This document shows positions 48,255 to 60,668 of a stretch of DNA of 64,000 nucleotides, in pieces. A program made the translations under genes and the position numbers. Position 1 is the first letter of the stretch. Each line of letters begins with the position of its first letter. The stretch is from NCBI GenBank assembly GCA_964016885.1, contig OZ024747.1, forward strand, positions 93,806,001-93,870,000, given 5' to 3'. Below the pieces are notes generated by a model that worked only from the letters and a program-made list of their open reading frames with translations, was not told the origin of the DNA and did no database searches. Source of the DNA: Eledone cirrhosa (Eukaryota).

Positions 48255-49050
48255 ATGGAGAACCATGCGGCCACACTTAGAATTTGCATCACCAGTCTGG
48301 AACCCCTATCTTGCTCAGAACATTGACCTCCTGGAAACTGTTCAGAGACGTGCAACCAATAGAATGAATACCCTCCATCAGGCATCTACCATACTCTGAA
48401 TGCCTTGCTTCTCTGGGCATGGATTCATTGAAGCTCCGACGTCTGGCAACTGACTTGGTAAACACCCACAAAATTATTAACCATCTCACCAACAACAGCC
48501 CTGAGCACCTTTTTGATTTCCATGTGTTTAACACACATGGCCATGCCCACAAAGTCAGAAAACAATACAGCTCCCATGACTTTCGGAAACACTTTTTCAT
48601 GCTCAGAGTTGCTGAAGCATGGAACAAACTACCTGCATCAGTTGTTAGCTGTCGAGACACTGCATCCTTTAAAACCTCCATGGAACAAACTACCTGCGTC
48701 AGTTGTTAGCTGTCGAGACACTGCATCCTTTAAAACCTCCATGGAACAAACTACCTTCATCAGTTGTTAGCTGTCGAGAAACTGCATCCTTTAAAACCTC
48801 CATGGAACAAACTACCTGCGTCAGTTGTTAGCTGTCGAGACACTGCATCCTTTAAAACCTCCATGCTTCCCGAGATTTGCCAACACTACACCTAATATCC
48901 TCCCTCTATACACACACACACATGTATATCATGACTTGTACACTGTTCATTTTACTGACGTTTGTACATTACCCTATGTACTATACATGCACCTTTGATG
49001 AGTTGTAGTGCACCTGAGCACTGTACACAATAATTTCATTATTATTATTA
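48255..49050 (+). mobile_element. CR1-clade LINE 3' fragment with 4 copies of a 61-bp unit
   Basis: RPHLEFASPVWNP, LETVQRRAT and FFMLRVAEAWNKLP are CR1-type C-terminal motifs; (ATT)n tail. Confidence 0.9.
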
Positions 49051-49075
49051 CATATATATATAATATTGAAAGTAT

Positions 49076-49250
49076 CGGTAGAGGGTCGGACGCCATGCTT
49101 TGCAGCAAAAAGTTACGGCCCTTTATGATCTGAATTCAAATCCCACCGAAGTTAACTTTGCCTTTCATCCTTACGAGGTCAATAAAATAAAGTACCAGTA
49201 ATACACTGGGATAATTGCTGGCCTTGTGCCAAAATTAGAAACAATTATTA
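49076..49250 (+). mobile_element. SINE B copy
   Basis: Matches the reverse complement of 20600-21200 without the expansion. Confidence 0.78.
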
Positions 49251-49252
49251 TA

Positions 49253-49597
49253 TCATCATATTTTTTTTTTTAACGTCCACTTTTCCCTGCTTGCAAGGGT
49301 GGGACAGGAACTGATTCTGGCTTGATTTCTACAGCTGGATGCCCTTCCTAACACCAACCTCATTTACAGTGAGTGGTGGGTGCTTTTTTTCCGTGGCACC
49401 TCCACGACCACTTTACAGTGTGTGCTGGGTGCTTTTTTGCCATGGCACCTCCACGACCACTTTGCAGTGGAGTAAACTGGAGCAATGTGAAATAAAGTGT
49501 CTTGCTCAAGGAAACAACTCATCACCCGGTCCAAGAATTGAACTCACAACCTTTCGATTGCAAGGCCAATGCTCTAACCACTAAGCCATGTGCCTCC
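49253..49597 (-). mobile_element. SINE A copy lacking the internal hairpin
   Basis: Full head GGAGGCACATGGCTTAGTGG and tail. The ATGATAGGGAC/GTCCCTATCAT segment is deleted. Confidence 0.87.
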
Positions 49598-49770
49598 ACA
49601 CACACATATATATATATATATATAGTATTATCCGTAGTGTTGTAATATGAATATTATACACAGTAGATGGACAGCTTACGTAGGGTTTGCTCGACGGCTC
49701 CAGTTGTAGTTTCAAAAGTAATCCGGAGAAAATAGGAGGATTTAAATGGATACAGTTCAGTAAAAGGAGT

Positions 49771-49892
49771 TTATTGACACGTGTTTCAATAAAAAGTTAT
49801 ATAACCTGAAAACAGCTGCTATCTACAAAGTATTAATTATGCAGACACTCAATATTCCAATGTTATTTTCAACTACCATTTCATCAGGATAA
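49771..49892 (-). ncRNA. Hammerhead ribozyme in the 3' pLTR, slightly degenerate
   Basis: TTATC-CTGATGA-[long stem II]-GAAAC-ACGT-GTC-AATAA, with a C/A mismatch in stem I. Confidence 0.75.
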
Positions 49893-50445
49893 TCTCATTG
49901 AGAACTTGTTTGGTTTTTATAGAGAATATTAAGAGGGAGGAGTGAAGTTGTTAGAAGAATAGTTAAGGGAGTGGATAGAAATTTTTGATAGCAGTGGGTC
50001 ATTAGATTCCCATCTGTTATTTTGTTAGTTGAGTTTGACATTTTTATAGAATATTCATTATTTGGCGTTGGCTGTATTGGTTATTTTTCTAAATCTATAG
50101 AAGGATTAGAGATAGTAAAGATATGCATGGTTGGTTTTGTGTTTGCACTTAATTCACATACAGACTTAAATTTTTCTTTCAAGTGTACTTATTCGTTTGC
50201 CCACACATAAATATATGCGTATATATACTTATTTTTTTATAAAAAACATACACATTCACACACTTACATATATGTACACCTCGACAAATACATACACTCA
50301 CATACACATACTTACATACATATATACCTGTACACATATATATATATATATACATATATGTGTACATACATACGCATTCGTGTATATACACTTTCATACT
50401 CTACTTATCTTCATATACACACATATATACATACATACTCTTGTC

Positions 50446-50477
<32 letters not shown>

Positions 50478-50775
50478 AACACACATATACATGAATACAC
50501 ATACATTTAATTATACACATCAAACATATATATATATATATACACTCACCCACTTATTTACTTATTTATATACCTTTTCACATATATACATTCATATGGT
50601 CGCTTTTAGACACATTCATTATAGCATATTCGCACCTATTCTCGCCAGCATATTTATCCATTATTAGTGTGATAATTTAAGGTTATTAATAGTACATATA
50701 TATGTTGAGAAGAGATTGTTTTTATATTTTTCTAACTAGATTGAGGATTTGTATAGTTGGGAGGATGTCCCTCGT

Positions 50776-52146
50776 TTATGTAATATTCAGCTTGTAGTGG
50801 GAAAAAAGGGTTTTAGTTCGGTGACGGCAGAATAATGTTCGTTCAATTCTGTTATTAAGCAATTTCTTCTTGTGTGTGATTATGTAATAAATCTCAAGAT
50901 TACATAATTTGCAGAAATTTTGGTTCCTGGAAAAGCATTGGGTTTTAGCTAATTTCTCCCATTTTAGGGTAAACTTTTGATCGCTATCCCTGAGCGTCCA
51001 AGCTTTTTCTGCTAAAGTTGTTACATTTCTTTGGCTCTGGTGTTTTATTGAGTAAGAATGCCTATATAATCGAGATTTAAACGATGTTGCCGTTGATCCC
51101 ACGTAATACCACTTGTTGCCTCCGGATTCAATGGTACACTTATAGATGATATTTTTTTCAAGGCAGTTATTGCCGAGGGGGCAATTGTCAGGATAGGTGC
51201 AGTTACAGTTGTGTACATTGGTTTTGTAGTTAGGTTCACTCTGGAGTAGTATTGCGGACGCACTTAGGTGTGGTTTATTTATGTTCTGTAGTGTATTGTC
51301 TACTGTTTTTTTTGTGCTCTTTGTACTTAAGTTCTTAGTGTTTTCATTTAACCTTCTAGTATTAATCTTTTTTATGTGTTGTTCAAGGTTTAATGCTGTA
51401 GAGTATGACAGTCTTATAGTGGTAGGGTTTAGGATTTTGTGGTATTTGTGTGATGTAGGAAAATGTTTCTTAACTATTTTAAAGAAGAGTACTGGTAAAT
51501 TTGTACTAATGGAACTATTGTATTCAGGGTTATACCATAAGTACTCTTTGCATCGCTTTCTATTAGTTTTGTTTGTTGGTTTATTGGTGTGTACACTATG
51601 GTAGTAAGTGTGGTTTGGTGTATTATTTCTACCTATGTGGGATTTATTTTGGGTGTTTTGATTGTTTTCATCTATATATTCTATTTTGTTGAGGTAGCCT
51701 GCTTTACTAAGGGCGGTATCGTAGTACTCAGCGTGTTCCTTAAATACTTGTATGTTAGAAGATAGACCCGAGATTCTAAGGGAGATATTTTTAGGGATAG
51801 ATTTAATTATAGAGATGGGGTGGTTAGACCCAACATTCACGTACTTGAGATTTTCATTCAATTTATGAAACGGTTTAATCAGACCAGAGTTTAAATTGAG
51901 TGTGACATCCAGGAAGTTAACTACTTTAAGGTTGTGTTCATATCTTATAGTTAGTCCTATTTCAAGTAGTAGTTTTCTTGTATCTTTGCGTAGTTTTTCT
52001 AGTTTTTGGTTATCTAGGTTTTTAACTAGGAAGAGAGCATCATCGCAGTATATTCCACCGTGGAGATTACTGAATTTTTCCTGGAGTCTAAAGGCGATAA
52101 ATAACCCCACAATATCAGTTATTCCTGCCGAATCGTTAGAGCCCAT
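50776..52146 (-). CDS. Penelope-like RT C-terminal half plus GIY-YIG endonuclease
   Basis: (FDIT)MGSNDSAGITDIVGL, YCDD, VNFLDVTL, SNHP, WYNP, CNC-x5-CPLGNNC linker, NIIYKC...YVGST..FKSR, CKLCNLE, CRH. Confidence 0.92.
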   Translation of the reverse strand: MGSNDSAGITDIVGLFIAFRLQEKFSNLHGGIYCDDALFLVKNLDNQKLEKLRKDTRKLLLEIGLTIRYEHNLKVVNFLDVTLNLNSGLIKPFHKLNENLKYVNVGSNHPISIIKSIPKNISLRISGLSSNIQVFKEHAEYYDTALSKAGYLNKIEYIDENNQNTQNKSHIGRNNTPNHTYYHSVHTNKPTNKTNRKRCKEYLWYNPEYNSSISTNLPVLFFKIVKKHFPTSHKYHKILNPTTIRLSYSTALNLEQHIKKINTRRLNENTKNLSTKSTKKTVDNTLQNINKPHLSASAILLQSEPNYKTNVHNCNCTYPDNCPLGNNCLEKNIIYKCTIESGGNKWYYVGSTATSFKSRLYRHSYSIKHQSQRNVTTLAEKAWTLRDSDQKFTLKWEKLAKTQCFSRNQNFCKLCNLEIYYIITHKKKLLNNRIERTLFCRHRTKTLFSHYKLNIT

Positions 52147-52197
52147 TGTTATGTCAAATAATATTCTCTATAAAAACCAAACAAGTTCTCAATGAGA

Positions 52198-52318
52198 TTA
52201 TTCTGATGAAATGGTAGTTGAAAATAACATTGAAATATTGAGTGTCTGCATAATTAATACTTTGTAGATAGCAGCTGTTTTCAGGTTATATAACTGTTAT
52301 TGAAACACGTGTCAATAA
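52198..52318 (+). ncRNA. Type I hammerhead ribozyme in the inverted 5' pLTR
   Basis: Stem I TTATT/AATAA, core CTGATGA, stem II AATGGTAGTT/AACTGTTATT enclosing 72 nt, then GAAAC-ACGT-GTC. Predicted cut after 52313. Confidence 0.85.
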
Positions 52319-52370
52319 ATTCCTTTTACTGAACTGTATCCATTTAAATCCTTCTATATATATATATATA

Positions 52371-55300
52371 TCATCATCATCATCATCATCATCAACGTTT
52401 AACGTCCGTGTTCCACGCTTGCATGGGTTTGGACGGGGGTAGTCCCACTTGAGGCAAGAGTGATTGTCTTGCTCGCATAGGACTGTCTGGCAGGTTTTCT
52501 ACAGTTGGATGCCCTTCCTAACACCAACCACATTTACAGTGTGGGTCTGGGAGGTTTTTACCGTGTTGACTACACGGCCACATTACAGCGTGGACTGTGT
52601 GTTTTTTTGTCGTGACACCTACACGATCTCATTTGTTTCGGCCTGGATGGCGCGGCACCAACATAACTTTACATAGAACGGGGTGGTGTGGATGGGGTGG
52701 GGGTGGTGGCGGGACGGGGTGTATTTTGTTAGAGATGCCTACTGGCAAGGCGGGTCTTCTCTGTTACTGAGTACCGCCAAAGGTCTCGGTCCAGTGACAT
52801 TGTCTTGGAGTGGTGTAAGTGTGTGAGGTCGGAGTTTATCAGCTCATCCCATGTTTTTTCTAGGTCTGCCTATTCCGTGGCTACCGTCTATCTTTATTGC
52901 CCTGCACTTTGTTATACAGCTATCGACTTTCATGCGCATCACGTGTCCATACCAACGCAGCCTTCTCTCGAGTAAACAACATCTGATCCCTCTTATCTCT
53001 AATTTTTTCCTTAGTTCGTTTATGCTTTGCCGTTCACGTATATTACTGTTACACATCCAGCGGAGCATGCAAGCTTCGTTCCTCTCTAGTCTGCGTATAT
53101 CCTCTGCACACAATGCCCAGGTCTCACTACCATGCAACATTGCTGTTCGTATGCAGGCATCGTACAACCTGCCTTTCATTTTTAGGGAGAACCCTTTAGC
53201 AGCTAATAGTGGTATAAGCTCTCTGAACTTTTTCCAACCGGTTCTGACTCTAGCTACAGTACTTTCAGAGCACCCTCCCCCACTGCTGATTTTATCGCCC
53301 AGGTAACGGAAGCTGTCCACTATTTCTATAGAACCCTCTGCGCAATTGAAAGAGCTAGTATTTTGTGGGCACTTGCTGCTACTTATTGCACCAGAACACC
53401 GGCCACATGTAAAATCTATGTTCTTAGTTAGCTTACCTGTGATCCCACTAATCTTTTATGCACCCATACTTTGCATTTAGGACATAAAATGGAGTTTCTA
53501 CCTACGCCTTTCCTACACACCGAGCACGACCATTTCCCAGAAGGGACCGCCGCCTTGTTTTCTTTCCTACAAACTAGAACTTTGGTCTTAGCCAGGTTAA
53601 TTTTAAGTCCTTTTGACTCTAGGCCGTGCTTCCATGTTTGGAATTTCTTCTCTAGCTCGGCCATTGATTCCGCTATGAGTGTCAGGTCGTCTGCGTATAG
53701 GAGTTCCCATGGGCAGCCTGTCTTGAACTCCTCTGTTATAGCCTGAAGGGCAATAATAAATAGTAGGGGGCTGAGAACAGAGCCCTGATGGACGCCAACT
53801 TTTACGCTAAACTCTTCACTATATTCGTTGTTAATTCTAACCTTGCTGACTGTTTCTTTATACATGGCTTGTATAGCCCTCACAAGCCATTCGTCAACGC
53901 CTAGTTTTCTAAGAGCCCACCAGATAATGGAGCGGGGGACTCTGTCGAAGGCTTTCTCCAGGTCGACAAAAGCTAAGTAGAGGGGTCTACCTTTAGCTAG
54001 GTACTTCTCCTGTAGTTGTCGTACTATGAAAAGGGCGTCTGTGGTGCTTTTGCCTGACACAAACCCGAACGGCATTTCATCTAGGTCAATTCTCTCTCTG
54101 ATTAGTTGCGCTATTACTTTTTCCGTGACCTTCATGACCTGGTCGATTAATTTAATGCCTCTATAGTTACTCCTATCTAGGGCGTCTCCTTTACCCTTAT
54201 AACAGTTAACGATGATGCTGCTATGCCAGTCCTTCGGAACAACCCCATTCTGTACGACTTGGTTAACTATGCGGGTGACCATGGTGTGTCCCACCGTGCC
54301 AGATGCCTTCAGCATCTCTGCAACTATTTCCGAAGGCCCAGCCGCCTTACCCGTCTTCATATCCTTGATTGCCTTACTTATTATACTCCCCTCGACTAAC
54401 ACTGCTGGTCCCTCTATCGGGTCGATATGGGGGAGACTGTCTTTCTCCCATTTATTCTCCTCATTTAGTAGCCTTTCATAGTGACACTTCCAAGCTACCT
54501 TCTTATCAGTGTCGGTGATGGCAAGTATGCCATCATCGTTAAGTACACACTTCTCCCCGACAATATCACGGTTTTCATTGACGCATTGCCTGGCAATCCT
54601 GAACACCTCACGTTTTTGGTCATCGCGTTGTAGAACATGCTTGAACTTTCTTTCCTCAGCTTCCCTTCTTGCTAAGTACACTTCTCTCCTAGCTTCCCTC
54701 CTGGCCACTTGATAGTCTACTCTACTTCCCCCATCCCGCCATACTTTCCAAGCCTGCTTTTTGGCCTTAATTGACCCCTCCACCCTACTGTTCCACCACC
54801 AAGTTACTCTCCTCCTGCCTACAGGCCTGCTCCAGCCACAGACTTCGTCTGTCGCCAACAGCAGGTTTGCTTTCAGAAATTCCCACTGTCCCTCTATATT
54901 GTCCGATTCTAGATGCTCTTCCTTACTGTCGAAAGCATCAAGTAATATGCTTTGAAATTTATTTCTGGCTGTGGGGTCCTTTAGTTTTCATATTTTCCTC
55001 CTGAGGATAGTCCTCTTCTGCTGTCGAGTACGTCTCGTCCTGACTATGAGGTCGCTAATTATCAGTCTATGTTGGGAGGTGCATTCTTCATGGGGGAGGG
55101 ATTTAGTGTTTACAACAGACACTCTGTCACGTCTTCTGGTAAGGATATAATCTACCTGGCTTGTGTGTTCCCCTGATCTACAGGTGATCAGGTGATTGTC
55201 ACGTTTTTTGAAGTTAGTGTTACAGATAGTTAGGTTATTTGCATCACAGAATTCCAGGATTCTGGAGCCTTCCTCATTTCTAGTACCAAACCCATAGCCT

Positions 55301-56446
55301 CCATGGATTTCGTCGTAGCCGTCACAATGTTGTCCAACGTGACCATTTAGGTCGCCTGCAATAATTATATAGTCACTGTCAGATATTTGGGAGGTAGTTA
55401 GCAACAGTGTCTCATAGAATCTGTCTTTTATAGTGCCGGGCAGTCCGGATTGGGGTGCGTACGCAGATATTACTGTCACCGTAGTTTTATTGAGGACAAG
55501 TCTTATTTTAATTATTCTGTCGTTCACTCTATTTACGTCTATTATCTTATCTGCCCACTTTTCTGCTACCATGATTCCTACTCCACCCAGCCCATCGTCG
55601 TTTCCCACCCAGAAAAGCTTATAACATCGTTTTTTACCCTCAATGAATCTAGCAGACCCACCCCTCCACCTGGTCTCTTGAATACAACAAACATCGACCT
55701 CCTTACGTTCAAGCATTTCTACAACCTCGTTAGCACGACCCTTTAGGGTGCCCACATTTATGGTACCAACTCTGAAGTTTTGGGTTGCGTTTGGAGGGTG
55801 GGGGTGGTGGGGGGCGGGGGGAGATAGGGTTACGTTAGCCATCCGCGGACGAAACAAAGAGGAGTGCTCGCATTCTCGTCCACGAGGTGAATTTGACTTT
55901 AACTTTGGCATTTTCGCTCTGAGCGTCCAGATTTTTCTCTCCCTTCCACTCTCCAGGATTCCGCAGTCCGTCCATCCATCCATCCATCCATCATATATCG
56001 AAGGCAACCGGGCAAGCGATAGTATAGGCCTCTGGCTTATGATTGGTCCGCGTAATAATAATAATAATGGTGATGCGTGGGGGTGGGGGGGCTCTGGCTT
56101 ATAATAATAATGGTGATGCGTGGGGGGGGGGCTCTGGCTTATGATTGGTCCACGTATTAAGTATGGTGGTGTGTGGGGGCGGGTGGGAGGGGTGTGGGGT
56201 AGCTAGCTGGAAGGTTATGAATGTTTAACAAGCGATTTAACAAAAAGCAAAACTGCAAGATTTGTTCTGTTCAATACGACAAAAACACCGTATTTAAACC
56301 TTAAATAGATAACAAAAAATACAGATTTCGGATTTTGCGAGATTGGATGTTTGGACTATGTACGAAAATTGAGCGTGGAATAGATGGAGGAAAAATTTGT
56401 ACTTTACGATTTACATGAGTACACCGTAGTAGGAAATAATTGAAGC
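52371..56446 (-). mobile_element. Full-length RTE family 2b copy, frameshifted
   Basis: Split ORFs 54988-56007 (APE), 53428-54858 (RT) and 52844-53320; (GAT)n tail; 5' UTR diverged from the other two copies. Confidence 0.94.
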
Positions 56447-56477
<31 letters not shown>

Positions 56478-56480
56478 AAT

Positions 56481-56551
<71 letters not shown>

Positions 56552-56655
56552 AATATATATATATATACTAGCCTGTCTTTTGGAAACTCCACAAAGTATT
56601 TCAATACTATACTAATACCAATAAAGACATTGTTTTAGTAAAAACTACAACACAC

Positions 56656-57040
56656 CCATTAGTACGATGACCGTATTTTTAAGGACTTCAAAACTGTGTG
56701 TGATAAGGGCAGGTAACTGATCACAGTCCTTGATAAGACGAAGGAACTCGTGAAGAACGAGTTTCTTTCTGACTAGCAAACAGGCCGGGTCTTCGAGGAA
56801 CTCCACCAAACAGGCCACACATCTGGTTAAAGATTTAGGGCTCAAGACGTCTTCGAAGTTGTCGCATTTCACCGTCCAGATGGCGTTGTGGTTGCCGTGG
56901 TTACCATGGTAGTGGCGGTGGTGGTGGTGCTGGTGGTCGATGTTGCCGGCATCCTGCTGCTGCTGCTGGCGGCGGCAGGGGGGCGGGTTGCTGTTGTCTC
57001 GGCTCGTTTCAAACATGCCTTGTTGTTGTTGTGAATCCAT
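56656..57040 (-). CDS. MEI1: MEI1 first coding exon
   Basis: HNAIW...RCVACLVEFLEDPACLLVRKKLVL resembles vertebrate MEI1 HDPRW...[24 protein letters not shown]. Acceptor tttcag sits 2 nt before the ATG; donor G|gtgtgt, phase 1. Confidence 0.93.
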
Positions 57041-57144
57041 GACTGAAATGAATTATGAGAGCGAAACAAGTAATAATCATCATCATCACCATCATCATTA
57101 CCATAATCATCATCATCATCACTATCATCATCTCAAACTCCCAT

Positions 57145-60100
57145 ACAAGGTCTGTTCTCACCACCTCCGCCCATGTTTTTCGTGGTCTACCTCTACCACG
57201 TCTTCCTTCCACTGGCATTTCCTGGCACTTCTTCACCCAGCGGTCATCTTCCATGCACATCACATGTCCTTATCATCTCAGTCTCCTCTCCCACACACTA
57301 CAACTTATCCCTCTTATACCCAGTTTCTCTCTCAACACATCACATGTCCATACCATCTCAGTCTTCTCTCCCACACACTACAACTTATCCCTCTTATACA
57401 CAGTTTCTCTCTCAACTCATCACATGTCCATACCATCTCAGTCTTCTCTCCCACACACTACAACTTATCCCACTTTCTCTCTCAACTCATCACATGTCCA
57501 TACCATCTCAGTCTCCTCTCCCACACACCACAACTTATCCCTCTTATAAACAGTTTCTCTCTCAACACAACACATGTTCATACCATCTCAGTCTTCTCTC
57601 CCACACACAACTTGTCCCTCTTATACAGTTTCTCTCTCAACACATCACATGTCCATACCATCTCAGTCTTCTCTCCCACACACTACAACTTATCCCTCTT
57701 ATACATAGTTTCTCTCTCAAATCATCACATGTCCATACCACCTCAGTCTTCTCTCCCACACACCACAACTTATCCCTCTTATACACAGTTTCTCTCTCAA
57801 CACATCACATGTCCATACCATCTCAGTCTTCTCTCCGACACACAACATATCCCTCTTATACACAGTTTCTCTCACAACTCATCACATGTCCATACCATCT
57901 CAGTCTTCTCTCCCACACACAACTTATCCCTCTTATACACAGTTTCTCTCTCAGCACATCACATGTCCATACCATCTCAGTCTCCTCTCCCACACACTAC
58001 AACTTGTCCCTCTTATACACAGTTTCTCTCTCAACACATCACATGTCCATACCATCTCAGTCTCCTCTCCCACACACTACAACTTATCCCTCTTATACCC
58101 AGTTTCTCTCACAACACATCACATGTCCATACCATCTCAGTCTTCTCTCCCACACAGCACAACTTATCCCTCTTATACAGTTTCTCTCTCAACACATCAC
58201 ATGTCCATACCATCTCAGTCTTCTCTCCCCCACACAACTTATCACTCTTATACAGTTTCTCTCTCAACACATCACATGTCCAAACAACCTCAGTCTTCTC
58301 TCCCACACACCACAACTTATTCCTCTTATACACAGTTTCTCTCTCAACACATCACATGTCCATACCATCTCAGTCTTCTCTCCCCCACACTACAACTTAT
58401 CCCTCTGATACACAGTTTCTCTCTCAACTCATCACATGTCCATACCATCTCAGTCTTCTCTCCCACACACTACAACTTATCCCACTTTCTCTCTCAACTC
58501 ATCACATGTCCATACCATCTCAGTCTCCTCTCCCACACACCACAACTTATCCCTCTTATAAACAGTTTCTCTCTCAACACAACACATGTTCATACCATCT
58601 CAGTCTTCTCTCCCACACACAACTTGTCCCTCTTATACAGTTTCTCTCTCAACACATCACATGTCCATACCATCTCAGTCTTCTCTCCCACACACTACAA
58701 CTTATCCCTCTTATACATAGTTTCTCTCTCAACTCATCACATGTCCATACCACCTCAGTCTTCTCTCCCACACACCACAACTTATCCCTCTTATACACAG
58801 TTTCTCTCTCAACACATCACATGTCCATACCATCTCAGTCTTCTCTCCCACACACAACATATCCCTCTTATACACAGTTTCTCTCACAACTAATCACATG
58901 TCCATACCATCTCAGTCTTCTCTCCCACACACAACTTATCCCTCTTATACACAGTTTCTCTCTCAGCACATCACATGTCCATACCATCTCAGTCTCCTCT
59001 CCCACACACTACAACTTGTCCCTCTTATACACAGTTTCTCTCTCAACACATCACATGTCCATACCATCTCAGTCTCCTCTCCCACACACTACAACTTATC
59101 CCTCTTATACCCAGTTTCTCTCACAACACATCACATGTCCATACCATCTCAGTCTTCTCTCCCACACAGCACAACTTATCCCTCTTATACAGTTTCTCTC
59201 TCAACACATCACATGTCCATGCCATCTCAGTCTTCTCTCCCCCACACAACTTATCCCTCTTATACAGTTTCTCTCTCAACACATCACATGTCCAAACAAC
59301 CTCAGTCTTCTCTCCCACACACCACAACTTATTCCTCTTATACACAGTTTCTCTCTCAACACATCACATGTCCATACTATCTCAGTCTTCTCTCCCCCAC
59401 ACTACAACTTATCCCTCTTATACACAGTTTCTCTCTCAACTCATCACATGTCCATACCATCTCAGTCTTCTCTCCCACACACTACAACTTATCCCACTTT
59501 CTCTCTCAACTCATCACATGTCCATACCATCTCAGTCTCCTCTCCCACACACCACAACTTATCCCTCTTATAAACAGTTTCTCTCTCAACACAACACATG
59601 TTCATACCATCTCAGTCTTCTCTCCCACACACAACTTGTCCCTCTTATACAGTTTCTCTCTCAACACATCACATGTCCATACCATCTCAGTCTTCTCTCC
59701 CACACACTACAACTTATCCCTCTTATACATAGTTTCTCTCTCAACTCATCACATGTCCATACCACCTCAGTCTTCTCTCCCACACACCACAACTTATCCC
59801 TCTTATACACAGTTTCTCTCTCAACACATCACATGTCCATACCATCTCAGTCTTCTCTCCCACACACAACATATCCCTCTTATACACAGTTTCTCTCACA
59901 ACTCATCACATGTCCATACCATCTCAGTCTTCTCTCCCACACACAACTTATCCCTCTTATACATAGTTTCTCTCTCAGCACATCACATGTCCATACCATC
60001 TCAGTCTCCTCTCCCACACACTACAACTTGTCCCTCTTATACACAGTTTCTCTCACAACTCATCACATGTCCGTACCATCTCAGTCTGCTCTCCCACACA

Positions 60101-60597
60101 CCACAACTTATTCCTCTTATACAGTTTCTCTCTCAACACATCACATGTCCATACCATCTCAGTCTTCTCTCCCCCACACTACAACTTATCCCTCTTATAC
60201 ACAGTTTCTCTCTCAACACATCACATGTCCATACCATCTCAGTCTCCTCTCCCACACACTACAACTTATCCCTCTTATACCCAGTTTCTCTCACAACACA
60301 TCACATGTCCATACCATCTCAGTCTTCTCTCCCACACAGCACAACTTATCCCTCTTATACAGTTTCTCTCTCAACACATCACATGTCCATACCATCTCAG
60401 TCTTCTCTCCCCCACACAACTTATCCCTCTTATATAGTTTCTCTCTCAACACATCACATGTCCAAACAACCTCAGTCTTCTCTCCCACACACAACTTATT
60501 CCTCTTATACACAGTTTCTCTCTCAACACATCACATGTCCATACCATCTCAGTCTTCTCTCCCCCACACTACAACTTATCCCTCTTATACACAGTTT

Positions 60598-60598
<1 letters not shown>
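57145..60598 (-). repeat. RTE family 3-derived ~80-bp satellite (about 43 copies) with a 1012-bp higher-order repeat
   Basis: Begins with the unexpanded RTE flank (GRPRKTW). The diagnostic short monomer CCCACTTTCT recurs near 57471, 58483 and 59495. Confidence 0.94.

Positions 60599-60668
<70 letters not shown>

Larger units (their letters stand above)
49624..52356 (-). mobile_element. 5'-truncated Penelope-like retroelement (Naiad-like) with a 3' pLTR and an inverted 5' pLTR
   Basis: An RT and GIY-YIG ORF lies between ~197-bp inverted repeats (49733-49930 and 52160-52356), with (TA)n flanks. Confidence 0.9.

Noticed and set aside
50776-52240. Selenoprotein/SECIS, reported for some Naiad elements
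   Set aside because: There is no in-frame TGA in the retained ORF, and the ATGA...AAAA...GA near 52206-52233 has too short a helix for a canonical SECIS.
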